Part shown: positions 42,101 to 51,500 of the stretch, one piece after another
Layout: each line of letters opens with the position of its first letter
Numbering within the stretch: the first letter of the stretch is position 1
NCBI GenBank assembly: GCA_977017575.1
Contig: CDRNVI010000040.1
Location: forward strand, 372,001 to 436,000
DNA: 64,000 nucleotides
DNA from: Paramoeba atlantica
Lineage: Eukaryota > Protista > Discosea
Reading direction: 5' to 3'
Translations under genes and position numbers: made by a program
Notes under the pieces: model-generated
Database searches by the model: none
What the model was told of the DNA's origin: nothing
The model's input: only the letters and a program-made list of their open reading frames with translations

Positions 42101-42173
42101 AAAACAGACAAAAACTTCCGATGTTCTGGATGAATGGTTTGCTGATGAATCAAATTTTCAACCGACAAGGTGA
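39117..42173 (+). CDS. SEC27: Coatomer subunit beta' (Sec27/COPB2)
   Basis: ERVKGIDVHPTEPW, WD40 repeats AHQDYIRSIAVH and GHSHYVM, coatomer WD-associated region WKKLADLA; acidic C-terminal extension. Confidence 0.95.
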   Translation: MSCPELKKVIAAKTERVKGIDVHPTEPWVICSLYTGQVCLWNYTTSSLMKTFEILDIPIRAVRFIAAQNWFVCGSDDGCCRVYNYYTMERIAQFDAHQDYIRSIAVHATLPLVLTASDDHTVKLWDFSQGWAHVRTYEGHSHYVMAVVWNPREGPNFATASLDNKVKLWNTTTSRANFSLEHDKGVNCVAFYPGSDKPYLVSGTDDGTVFLWDFPTRSKIHVLKGHTNNVSCVGFHADLPIVVSGSEDESVRLTSLANYRLQNTLQLRMGRVWAVEMHAKTGLLCVGMDRGMVALAPVTQNQKPLAMDANGKVLYAEKESIYRIDLKATNCQGQDGTPVPVTAKELSTIENTPLLITYNSNNQFACVQSEKAYAIYTTLTWRPKTFGAGISFAWGPEPGTFIVLETSSHLKFFRSFAESDLLRFSSSVKAVHGGNSSVFSVSAVDIMTFYSWESLQPVGSIAVAEEVQNVEWNTTGSMVALATKKSIYIMSYESSAHTDSDKASKDKIVFVLQDEILKYALSVRWVRNVLLILSSDGILYYRVGGFTGEIAHVAQFAGLIGYITREERIYVLNPEGSVSSFQFSDAVALFMSLIAAKQIDSARNLINKIPKTWRIPVAKFLESRDERNLALALADESTLKFRLAISQLDLTLAFKAASETNNISDWKKLADLAMTLGNFELSESALLQAKDYAGLLLLYHSTGNWNGIRDLLEATKANRQFNVAFMCAFTLSDVASCIDILLLDSMFPQAAIFARRCRLDPEMLSKIVQKWKAGLLTTNPSLAERIADPVENPGDFSDVAPLAPYTAELIRQNLSEEVISTDTVNRDSCSPEPSNDEAIYSENGEINGMKSDASKSGLSGEDNFEFEHTPTRKNGVEDIVLLTPNQYVDSPVYPSAPAPTPASPPSVASEQGLEEKTEVRVDDCIPSFTAELDELKLRSFKETLNGEDCILTPKSSAKNLSFGELDVYPSATAHTSENSALDSPAAQDDIVMEAEKQTKTSDVLDEWFADESNFQPTR

Positions 42174-42455
42174 TCAATCATCTAAAAAATCTTGGGTGGT
42201 CTAATTATTATTGAAATAAACTTTCTGCGGAGTTTCCTTATCTTCTTTACCTCGAATTCGACTTGCTTCGTGTAACTGACCTAATCACGTACATGAGTCA
42301 TTGCATATAAATTTAGTTGTTATTAATTTAATTGTTCTGTGATTTATTACTTGATTGAGCGTTCTTGAAAATCCGTTGTTTGCTGTTTTTTTACAAGAAG
42401 CATAGTAATGTTTTGCAATATGTATAGTCGTCGAATGCACGTGTAGAAGAAATGA

Positions 42456-44732
42456 ATGTGTAGAAGAACCAATTGTTCCGCTTTCGGGGAAAGCAAAGCT
42501 ACAGAAAGTCAGTCACTTTCTAACATAAGTTACGCGGTCGTTCATCTCCTAGTTCATCCATTCGTATATCGAGCTTTTCTAATTCGGGATAGAGCAAAAA
42601 GTAACAAAAGAGATGTGTTGTTTTCAACTAAGGCTTTACGAGCCGTGCAATTGTTTTTGGGCCAGCCCAGCGCAGCCATTGGTGAACAACTAAGAGTTGG
42701 ACCGTTCGGAAAGCTTCTTATGCAAAATTTGGTCCTAAGAACTGGGGAAACTTTTGAATTAAAAGTTAATCTTGAAATGCTGACTCTTCGAGCTACTCAA
42801 ATTTTTGGAATTGGTTCTGATATTTCCCAGACAAAAGATTCCAAAGTGGATCGTAATTATTCTATTCAAAACGGAATTATGCTAAATGTGCTGAATTCTC
42901 GCATAGGTGTTGTTCTGAAGGTAAAATCTGAGGAAAAGAAGGCAAAATATGAAAATAATTATACCGAAATGATGCTGTCACCATTTCTCTCTGTCATGTC
43001 AAAGAAGAGCTCAATGGTCTTACACTCATTTGAGGATAACACCGAAAATTCTTACGAAGCTTATGATTTTATAGAGGACAGAAATGGTTGGCGGCTACTT
43101 AAGAAGCTTTTATCAATTTATTCCTTGCAATCTTGCGTACGTGGAATCGTTCTACTCGGTCCTCCTAATGTGGGCAAAACTCTTTGTGCAAGACATATAG
43201 CCGCGGTTCTATCAGCAATGAATGAGAGCGACGTTCAGCAATTAAAGTGGAACAATGGACAACTGGAACTCTCGAAAAATACTTTTCTGTCCGCCAATAA
43301 TGCAGTATACACGTTACACTGTTCAATGCCACTTCTTCTTAGTGATGAACTTGAGAAAACTCACTGTCGCATTGTTAAGCTTTTTTCAACTGCTCAACGG
43401 ATGCGTCCCAGTCTCTTTGTTTTTGATGACACTGAATACTTAACGACACTGAACGTTGGCTCATCAAAAGATGACATTACGTACCCACCTTCTGCGAGGT
43501 TGTTTATGGCTATGCTCAGTAGTTTTTTGGGTGCAGAGGAACAAAGTGTGGTGCATCGAAGTGCTCCGATATCTGTTTTATGGATAGCACGAGATCATCA
43601 CCATGTTCCTCGTTCACTGTGCAGTCCGTACATGTTGTCTTTCTGTATACAATTGGAATCAGGGTCGCTTGCATCCAATTATCGCTTTTTGCAGCATCTT
43701 GGATTTCTTCATGAAGCATCATGGATAGTGGACGAAACTACATTGATAAAAAGCTGTGAGAACACTAAAAGTTCTCTTGTTACCTCGTATACGAATGCAT
43801 GGAATCGAAGTGAGTTGGCACGTCTTCTCAGTTACGATACTGCAACGGACGCAATTCGCTACGCAAGGAATTACGTACCTGCCAATTTGCGACAAATTGC
43901 TCACGCGTGTGTATTAAATAAAGACAATCACATGTCTATAAAATCTCAAGTATACGTAGATTATAGCGGGGCGTGGAGCAGAATTCAGGAGATCATCTTG
44001 TTTCCCCTGAGTCGCACATCAATCCGCAGCGACACAAAGGTAGAAGTACCGAAAGGTGTTTTACTCTACGGTCCATCGGGTGTTGGTAAAACAGCTCTTC
44101 TGTCCTCAGTTGCGGCCACGCTAACTCATCACTTGGAGCACGGAAAGGATGAAGCGTCTTTCGCCCAAAGTCATTTTTTTGCAGTAAATACCATTGTGGT
44201 TGATGCTACGAGTCTTATTTCTAAATACGTTGGAGAGTCTGAGAAAAATTTGCAAAATTTATTTCGCGCTGCAACGGCCCTTAGTCCCTGTGTTCTTCTC
44301 ATAGATCACTTTGAGCGCATAGCATCCAGGCGAGGCACGGGGGGTTCAGAAACAACTGATCGAATGCTTACTACGTTCTTGCTTTCCATGAACGAAGCAG
44401 CTTGCAGCTCTCTCGTTGTAATAGCCGCTACCGATCGTAAAGAAGGCTTGGATCCAGCTGCCCTTCGTGCCGGAAGATTTGATGTTCACATCGAAATATC
44501 TTTTCCGAACCCTAGAGAGAAGTTGAGTATTGCAGAAGGATTATTGAGATATATTCCGTGCGAAATGCTTCAAACCGATCTGCGCGACTTTTTGATCGCC
44601 GCAATGGCGAAAACCAATCTGAAGACTCCTTCTGATATTTCCCACGCGATTCATGACGCATGCTGGAGAGCAATTGAACGAGGATCACACGAGCTGATGC
44701 ACCTAGATTTAGAAATAGCTTTTGCTAGGTAG
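42456..44732 (+). CDS. Double-ring AAA+ ATPase (CDC48/PEX1/PEX6/AFG2-like)
   Basis: Walker A motifs GPPNVGKT and GPSGVGKT, pore loop SKYVGESEKN, SRH LDPAALRAGRFD. Confidence 0.85.
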   Translation: MCRRTNCSAFGESKATESQSLSNISYAVVHLLVHPFVYRAFLIRDRAKSNKRDVLFSTKALRAVQLFLGQPSAAIGEQLRVGPFGKLLMQNLVLRTGETFELKVNLEMLTLRATQIFGIGSDISQTKDSKVDRNYSIQNGIMLNVLNSRIGVVLKVKSEEKKAKYENNYTEMMLSPFLSVMSKKSSMVLHSFEDNTENSYEAYDFIEDRNGWRLLKKLLSIYSLQSCVRGIVLLGPPNVGKTLCARHIAAVLSAMNESDVQQLKWNNGQLELSKNTFLSANNAVYTLHCSMPLLLSDELEKTHCRIVKLFSTAQRMRPSLFVFDDTEYLTTLNVGSSKDDITYPPSARLFMAMLSSFLGAEEQSVVHRSAPISVLWIARDHHHVPRSLCSPYMLSFCIQLESGSLASNYRFLQHLGFLHEASWIVDETTLIKSCENTKSSLVTSYTNAWNRSELARLLSYDTATDAIRYARNYVPANLRQIAHACVLNKDNHMSIKSQVYVDYSGAWSRIQEIILFPLSRTSIRSDTKVEVPKGVLLYGPSGVGKTALLSSVAATLTHHLEHGKDEASFAQSHFFAVNTIVVDATSLISKYVGESEKNLQNLFRAATALSPCVLLIDHFERIASRRGTGGSETTDRMLTTFLLSMNEAACSSLVVIAATDRKEGLDPAALRAGRFDVHIEISFPNPREKLSIAEGLLRYIPCEMLQTDLRDFLIAAMAKTNLKTPSDISHAIHDACWRAIERGSHELMHLDLEIAFAR

Positions 44733-44814
44733 TTGGCATACATCATAACAAAGGCTCAGTACTTCCTTAAGCAATTTGCTTTGAAACTACTGTAGATTCT
44801 ACATTCTTAAGTAA

Positions 44815-45030
44815 TAAACCCTTTTTCACGAAAAGTGACCCTCCATATTTTTTTCGCTGAAGCGTCCGTTTGAGAAATTCTTTGTTGCTGATTTTCCATA
44901 TTTTTGCACAAAGACTTCGCGCATTAAAGAACGGAGCAAAAAGTCTCAAACACGTATAAATGTACAGCACGTATAAATGTAAGTGAGAGCAGGATTTCCA
45001 CTTTTTCACCCCCCTTAAATCTATTTTCTC
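44815..45030 (+). repeat. Diverged relic of the hAT 3'-subterminal sequence
   Basis: AAACCC...CGAAAAGTGACCC...GTCCGTTTGAG...CTTCGCGCATTA...TCTCAAA parallels 46755-46890. Confidence 0.55.
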
Positions 45031-45686
45031 GCGCTCTTGAAGAAGAATCAATTTAAAATCAAGCCGGGGGTCAGCTCCATATTAAGGTTAGTTTAATATT
45101 AAGATTTACTTTTATATCAAGAATGGCATTTTAGTATTCGAATATGATCTCTGGATGGAATGGCCTGGCCTGGGGGCATATCATCCGCCCACATGAAACG
45201 CCACATATAAGAGGTGGGAATCACAAAAGTGCCCTAGATGAGAGTGGTTTCAGGGTTTCATAAAGTTTATTTTACACTCTTTAACTTTGATAACTTTAAT
45301 AATGGAACCCGGCTTCCTTCGTAAGGCCTATTCGACGCCCGTGAAATACCGTATGCCGGATAGATTACCGTATTATGGAAACTACCCCTATAACTTATCC
45401 CAATAACCTTTAATAATAAGAGGGATGCACCTGGCATGAAACAAATTCTTCACGAATCTTTTACTACGCCGAGAAAATGGGGTATTACTGTTCCCTTTTC
45501 TAAGGGGCATTGATCAGGGAAAAGAAACACCCTCAAATTCAGAAAATCACAACTAGAGAACCCATTAGACAAACGCAGAGTTGCGTGTCTTTGTACTGGT
45601 GGCCTTTAATACAGCAAAGTTGTTTTTGGTACATAAGCGCGTAAATTATAGAATATTTTTAAATTTCTATTTAAGATTTTGTACTT

Positions 45687-46397
45687 ATGACGAAGGGCCG
45701 CGGAAAAGATCCAGGTGCTGGAGGCCTTAAAAAACACTTGAACTTAAAGGCTCACAAGGAACGGCAACAGCCCAGTGCTCGCCGCCACCTAGGCACTCTT
45801 GAAAAACATCGAGATTACGCTCAGCGCGCAAAGGTTTATCATTCACGCGAATCAAAGCTAGGCGAATTACGTCAGAAAGCGGCGCAAAGAAATCCTGAAG
45901 AATTTGACTTTGGAATGATTCGAGGTCGAGCGGATCCGATTAGTGGGAAGCACATTACAGACGCAAAAATCCGTCGAGATGGAATTCAGCAACGGACACT
46001 AAACAACAAAGACATTCGATATCTCGAAAATCGTAGAAGTGTGCTTACAGGAGAAATTCGCGAATTAGAGTCACAGCTACCAGAAAGTTCTTTCGACAAA
46101 CGACCGGGAGCTCGTACCATATTCCATTACGGTGATGAGGAAAGCGAGAGCGCTGAGGTCCCGCTAACATCAAAAAAGAGTTGTAAAGCCGTCGAGCACA
46201 TTCTACCTAGAATTACAAATGGCGAGAGAAATGCTTATGAGCGTTTAAACCAATGTCTAGAATTGAAGGGGCGAATTGGCCACGCGCCCCAAAGTATGGA
46301 AGTCGAGCAAAATTTATTGTCCAAAGGCCGTCGCCGTATGGTGCAACTTGAAGGTGGACAGCGAATATTTAAATGGACGCTACAGCGGAGTAGATAA
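45687..46397 (+). CDS. UTP11: U3 snoRNA-associated protein Utp11
   Basis: HKERQQPSARRHLGTLEKHRDYAQRA, KAAQRNPEEFDFGM and FKWTLQRSR. Confidence 0.93.
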   Translation: MTKGRGKDPGAGGLKKHLNLKAHKERQQPSARRHLGTLEKHRDYAQRAKVYHSRESKLGELRQKAAQRNPEEFDFGMIRGRADPISGKHITDAKIRRDGIQQRTLNNKDIRYLENRRSVLTGEIRELESQLPESSFDKRPGARTIFHYGDEESESAEVPLTSKKSCKAVEHILPRITNGERNAYERLNQCLELKGRIGHAPQSMEVEQNLLSKGRRRMVQLEGGQRIFKWTLQRSR

Positions 46398-46734
46398 TGA
46401 GCAGAATTTCTTGCTTCATTATGTCGAATTGAAAGACACTATTTAAGAATAATGCAAGGGCGGTGCAGCTAAATCTGGGGGAGGTCTAAAATTTGTAAAT
46501 GTTGTTCAATTTTAGAAAATAATAGCGCATTCGAGAGCTCTCGCGAATCCCTCTGGTGGAAAGTGCGTCGTTTTCCACACCTTGCATAACGGGGATAAAA
46601 GGCCGAAAAAGTCAACTGCAAGCTTTTTTGCAAAGCCTACCTCAGAATAAGACCCTATGTTGGCGTACCTTTCCAGACGAAGCGCTCTACCACTGGTTTT
46701 GATCTGCTTAATGAATGGTAATGAGCCTTTAAAG

Positions 46735-49700
46735 CAGGGGTCCCTAAAACTTTGTAAACCCCCCACAGCGAAAAGTCACCCCCCTCTAACTTTTCAGCCA
46801 AGTGTCCGTTTGAGCTCATTCTTGTTGCATTTTGATGTTCCCAACATACTTTGCGCATTATAGCATGGAACCAAGGCTCTCAAATGCGTGCATCCGATAG
46901 ATGGATTATCACTTTCTTCACATTTTTCAAGAGACCAATTTCTCACACTTTAACAAAATAAATCTTCTCTTCCCATGAGAAATTCAATTATTTTTGTCCA
47001 TTTTTGCTGATTTTTGTTGCGAACGAGAGATCTCGTTCTCCTAGCAAAGATCTTTGCCGCTATTTTTTAATATTGACCCACTTGTGCCCCCTGGCCGCGG
47101 AGTGTTTGTTTTCTTAAATTAGTGTGGTATGACGATGCAAAAAAATAGATCCTAAAAGCAATTTTCTTTTTCATTTTCTAAAATGATCTAAAAATGGTGG
47201 GAACGTGTAGATCTCAGAATTTTGAACGAGAAAATGATATTTTAACCCCCTTAGGCCCCTTCAAGCAAAAAGTAAAGGAGACAGCTTAAAAACGTTGATT
47301 TATCACCGTTTCAAGAAAGCACCAATCAAATACAAATATTCCACCACGTGACAAATTGAATGTTTGTTATCTGTTTTTGATCATTTTTGTTGCAATCGAG
47401 AGATCTCGATCCCCTAGCGAAGATCTGTGACACCATTTTCATGTTGACCCCCTTCTCCCCCCCTGGTCGAGGAACATGAGATTTTTCGGGTAATATTGGC
47501 ATGACTATGTAAAAACGTCATTAAAAAAATGAGTTTAAATTTCTTATCTGTGAAGAGGTCTAAAAACAGCGGGAACGTGCAGATCTCAAAATTTTGAACG
47601 AAAAAGTTGTGCCGCAACCCCCCTAAGCCTCGTTGTACAAAAAAAAGAGGGGGGTGACTTATTCGCTGTGGGCGGTTTATATATAGTTTATAGTATTTCA
47701 AAAAAAAATTATAGTACTATAAATGACATTTATAGTACTATAAATACTTTAAAGTGTTTGAAAAACTTTATTTATTTTCCTACTCTTCTCCCCCCGTGTA
47801 TAAATGCGGTGATTATGACAAGTACACATTAAGCACTTGCGCTTCTGTCTAGCATGCGTTTGACAATACGTTATAAAAAAAATAGCGCGCAATAAAAAGT
47901 GGAAAGAAATCAAAACATGTAAATATACATACAATGCATATTTAACAATGGGAAAAAACAAGGCGAATGGGAAGAACCGGCGGAAAAAACCCACGTATGT
48001 ATCGTTTAAAAAAGCCCATGATGAATCGTATCTTCCAATCCAATAACATCTTTCGAATTCAACATAAGATCATTCCTGATACGAAACAACGGTGAAATTG
48101 CCATAAATGGATGCGACTACCAGAGAAACCTGCCGCGAATTGGAAGATCGACTTTCTGTGCATTTTATTTCCTTTAATTGATTGTTGCCGTAGCGAACAA
48201 CTCTGGCATTGTAATATGTCGTGCCGTTATGACGTACACAAAATGGGCGATTTGTCAAGGCCATGTGGGCGCACATGTCTCCTGCGTCGTAGAGTGATTC
48301 GATCTGTTCAACTTCGCTTGAGGACATACAATCGTTTAATAAAAGAGAAAAGAACGGGCAGCCAGTATTATCCCCAGTTTCACCGGTTTCGACTTTCGAT
48401 ATACCGATCGTAGGTTTAACCCGACATCGTATGGCTGATTCTGCTTCAACCAAGTCTTGCTTCAGGCGAGCCCGCAGATCACTATGGATAAAAGACGTCG
48501 AACTGAAAACTCGTTCACACGCAGCTTCAGAGGCGGATGCTACAGCAACCTTTTGAGCAGCATGTGCCAGGTGAGGCACTTTGTCCACAACAACAGAGTC
48601 CCCCCAAAATCCGGCGAAAGCACTTTTTCCTTGAGCACTGCGAACCATAGCACGTTCATCCAATAAACAACTATCCAAGAACCAACTATTAAATTCGGAC
48701 CAAATACTACTGTGCGTCACACTTGGCATATCGGAACTGAGCGAGAGAACGAGTGGCACACAAGTCTCACGAAGACGTTTTTTAATCGAAGTAGATATTG
48801 TCCCCCACTTCACTGCAGGCGACAGAACTCCGCAAAGGAAATGCGCGGACGACATCACGCGAATAAGACGATCATTCAAGTGAACTTTGTGACCTTCTTC
48901 TGCTTTGGCTGTGAGAGCTAACCATAGTCGGAGCGCAGCGCTAATAGTACAGTCGTTTCTTTCTAACAGCCGACCCACGACCTGGTACATTTCAAACCGT
49001 TTGACCCACTCCTGCAAGATACTTTTTTGGGTGTAATCATTCCAGTTGGAACATTTTATTGCTTGCTGCACTTCATTTAGCGAGGACCACCACCTAGTGG
49101 GTACTGGAGCTCGAAACGTAAGACAACGAGAAGCTAATTCGAGGATATCATCTTTTTTTTCTAGAGTCAAGACTTGCTCCATTACCAATTGCAATGCGTG
49201 AGCCGCGCATATGCTCCCAATCATGTTGCCTGCTTTCGTAAACTCCCGCACGGCTTTTTTGATCGCAGAACCAGCGTCGGATACGATGTGCACCACAGTA
49301 ACATGCATTTGCTTCAGCTCGGACACTACGGTACCAAGGAGCGCGTTATATGCACTTGCAGTACAGCCATCAACCATTTCTACTACGTTCCATGTAAAAG
49401 CCTGCCCATCGTGCAAAATGCATATGGCAGACGTAGTTCTTCCATGAATCGTACCCGAGTCCATAGCCATGCTAACAAAACTGCCACACACGTGAGCACA
49501 GATTTCCAACCGCAACTTATCCTTCAGATCAATGAGTAAGTTGTTAATCGTACTTTCCCCAGGGACGCAGCGCAGTCCCTTTGTAAGAAGCCACTTAAGG
49601 TTTGGGTCTTGCAAAGCAGCATTGCTAACCCCATGATCGCTTTTCCAAAGGAGGAGTCGCTCAAATTCCTGTAATTGTGGTCTCAGGGTGAAGGCATCCA

Positions 49701-50077
49701 AAGATCCTTGTTCCACACGTTTTTGGCGCTGAGTGCTTTGTAACCACTCCTCAAAATTTAGGTTATGACTTTTTTTCAAGTGCGTGAGTGCCGAAGAGTA
49801 GGAGACATGAATCCCCTTTTCGCAAAAAAAGGTTCTTTTCGCGCCTACTTCGCAGACTTGGCATTCGAAATTGTTCGTATCACCAATTTTAACAAAGTGT
49901 GAAGCAACAAATTCCGCCTGGCTTTCGTCGTTCCGTCGCTTATTTGGCATTTCTGAGAACAAAAAAAATAAGGTTTTATATACAGGTTTTGTACATAAGG
50001 TTTTGTATATAGTATTTAAAAGTTTATAGTACTATAAAAGTACTATAATTAAGTTTTTAAAGTTTTAGGGACCCCTG
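46735..50077 (-). mobile_element. Full-length hAT DNA transposon
   Basis: 19-bp perfect TIR CAGGGGTCCCTAAAACTTT at 46735-46753 and 50059-50077. 8-bp flanks CTTTAAAG (46727-46734) and CTTTTAAG (50078-50085). Encloses an intact transposase. Confidence 0.93.
48070..49950 (-). CDS. hAT transposase (BED zinc finger, DDE catalytic core, dimerisation domain)
   Basis: CQVC...HLKKSH BED finger, MAMDSGT, VSDAGS, CAAH, TRWWSS and SEAACERVFS. ATG at 49950 (ORF track starts at TTG 49962). Confidence 0.92.
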   Translation of the reverse strand: MPNKRRNDESQAEFVASHFVKIGDTNNFECQVCEVGAKRTFFCEKGIHVSYSSALTHLKKSHNLNFEEWLQSTQRQKRVEQGSLDAFTLRPQLQEFERLLLWKSDHGVSNAALQDPNLKWLLTKGLRCVPGESTINNLLIDLKDKLRLEICAHVCGSFVSMAMDSGTIHGRTTSAICILHDGQAFTWNVVEMVDGCTASAYNALLGTVVSELKQMHVTVVHIVSDAGSAIKKAVREFTKAGNMIGSICAAHALQLVMEQVLTLEKKDDILELASRCLTFRAPVPTRWWSSLNEVQQAIKCSNWNDYTQKSILQEWVKRFEMYQVVGRLLERNDCTISAALRLWLALTAKAEEGHKVHLNDRLIRVMSSAHFLCGVLSPAVKWGTISTSIKKRLRETCVPLVLSLSSDMPSVTHSSIWSEFNSWFLDSCLLDERAMVRSAQGKSAFAGFWGDSVVVDKVPHLAHAAQKVAVASASEAACERVFSSTSFIHSDLRARLKQDLVEAESAIRCRVKPTIGISKVETGETGDNTGCPFFSLLLNDCMSSSEVEQIESLYDAGDMCAHMALTNRPFCVRHNGTTYYNARVVRYGNNQLKEIKCTESRSSNSRQVSLVVASIYGNFTVVSYQE

Positions 50078-50989
50078 CTTTTAAGAAACTTCCTGGTGAA
50101 TGCACTCATCTTTCATTCACGGATAATGAAAAAACGTAAAATAACATGCCAAAATTACAAAAATAATGCAACAAAGGCCTTTTTCAAGCTCTTTTTTCGT
50201 ATTTTCGCCTTAAAAAAAAATAAAACTCAAAACGGCTGGAAACGACGTATTTTCCACCACAGGGGTTCGAGGGAGCTCCCGAATGCGCTATTATTTTCTA
50301 AAATTGGCTAAGTTCTACGAATTTTAGACCCCCCCAGATTTAGCTGCATCCCCTGTATACAGTGGTTTCAAGATATCTTTCCCCTCGCGGAATTTTGAGT
50401 TTTTTTATCGATTTTTTTCTCATTTTTGCAGCAGTGGATAGATCTCATTTCCCTGGTGAAGAGCTTTGCTGTCCTTTTTTTGTAGGAACCCCCTGGGTCT
50501 AAAACACGTGGTTTTGTGGGGTCATTTTTATGGAACATATCCATTCTTTTCTCCATTCTTTATGTTTTTTTATGCTTTGTCAAAATATTTTCTCTCGCAT
50601 TATGGCTTGTTTTCATTGTGCTTTCATTGTGTGTAGATCTCGTTCCTCTAGCAAGGCCTTTGCTATTTTCTCTTACTAGTGATCCCCTAGTGCTCTCGTG
50701 AGATAAAAAACTTGATTACAACCACAAATCCCTTATGGAGATCATAAAAAAAGTTTTAAGACCTTAAAAAGATCCTCTCATAAACAAAAGGCTATGAACT
50801 CAATTACAGTGAAGTATTCAAAAAAGGGGGGCCACCGCCAATGCGGCACTATTCTGCCGATCGCAGTGATTTCGTCCATTGGAGGCGTAGTTAATTTCGG
50901 AACCGGCCCCACGCCGCGAAGCGGCACGCTTTTTTTGTGTAAAAAGCTTTTTGTGCTCTGGTGGTTAAATAGCAACGGTTACTAGCGGC

Positions 50990-51500
50990 TACTCTGTAAT
51001 TCTTTTTCAAGAGATATCCATGTGTTCTGGAGGCTATTGTCAGCCAATGCAAAGTTGTATTCCGGAACTTTTACCGCGTATTCATATTCAGCTGTCTCCG
51101 ATTTTGTATTTACGAGGATAATATTGTAAGCACGGCAGAAGCTAAGGAGCCTTTCTCCATTGTCTGTCGTTCTTTCTCCCACTTGTTTTTCGCCCACTGT
51201 AGGTGAATAATGCAGAAAAAAAATTATCTGTGCGTTGAAGTCTCCCAGAATGTACGGATTTTCGTTTTTAGGGCCAAGTTCCATAGCACGATGTAGGTCT
51301 TCTTAGAATGCTTCATTTGATTCGCTGTCAGAAAAATTAGTTGTAGCATTACTTTGTTCAGTTCACTATGCTCAACCAGGGTGGAGTAAGATTCTATAGG
51401 TATCTCGTCTGACCCCGATGCTTTCCCTCTTGAAATCTGATTGTGTGCTACATAGAGTTCCTCATACGTAAAAGTTTCATCACATACAGGGATGAAAATC
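50990..51500 (-). pseudogene. Degenerate non-LTR (LINE) retroelement fragments: APE endonuclease and pre-RT linker
   Basis: EAF*EDLHRAMELGPKNENPYILGDFNA...NGERLLSFCRAYNIILVNT (APE) and FTYEELYVAHNQISRGKASGSDEIPIESY (GKAPGxDG-like). Confidence 0.8.

Larger units (their letters stand above)
46455..50355. mobile_element. Outer MITE-like element with ~120-bp imperfect TIRs, split by the hAT insertion
   Basis: 46464 TGCAGCTAAATCTGGGGGAGGTCTAAAATT...AATTTTAGAAAATAATAGCGCATTCG matches the reverse complement of 50237-50355. A third copy lies at 55530-55594. No TSD found. Confidence 0.7.
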
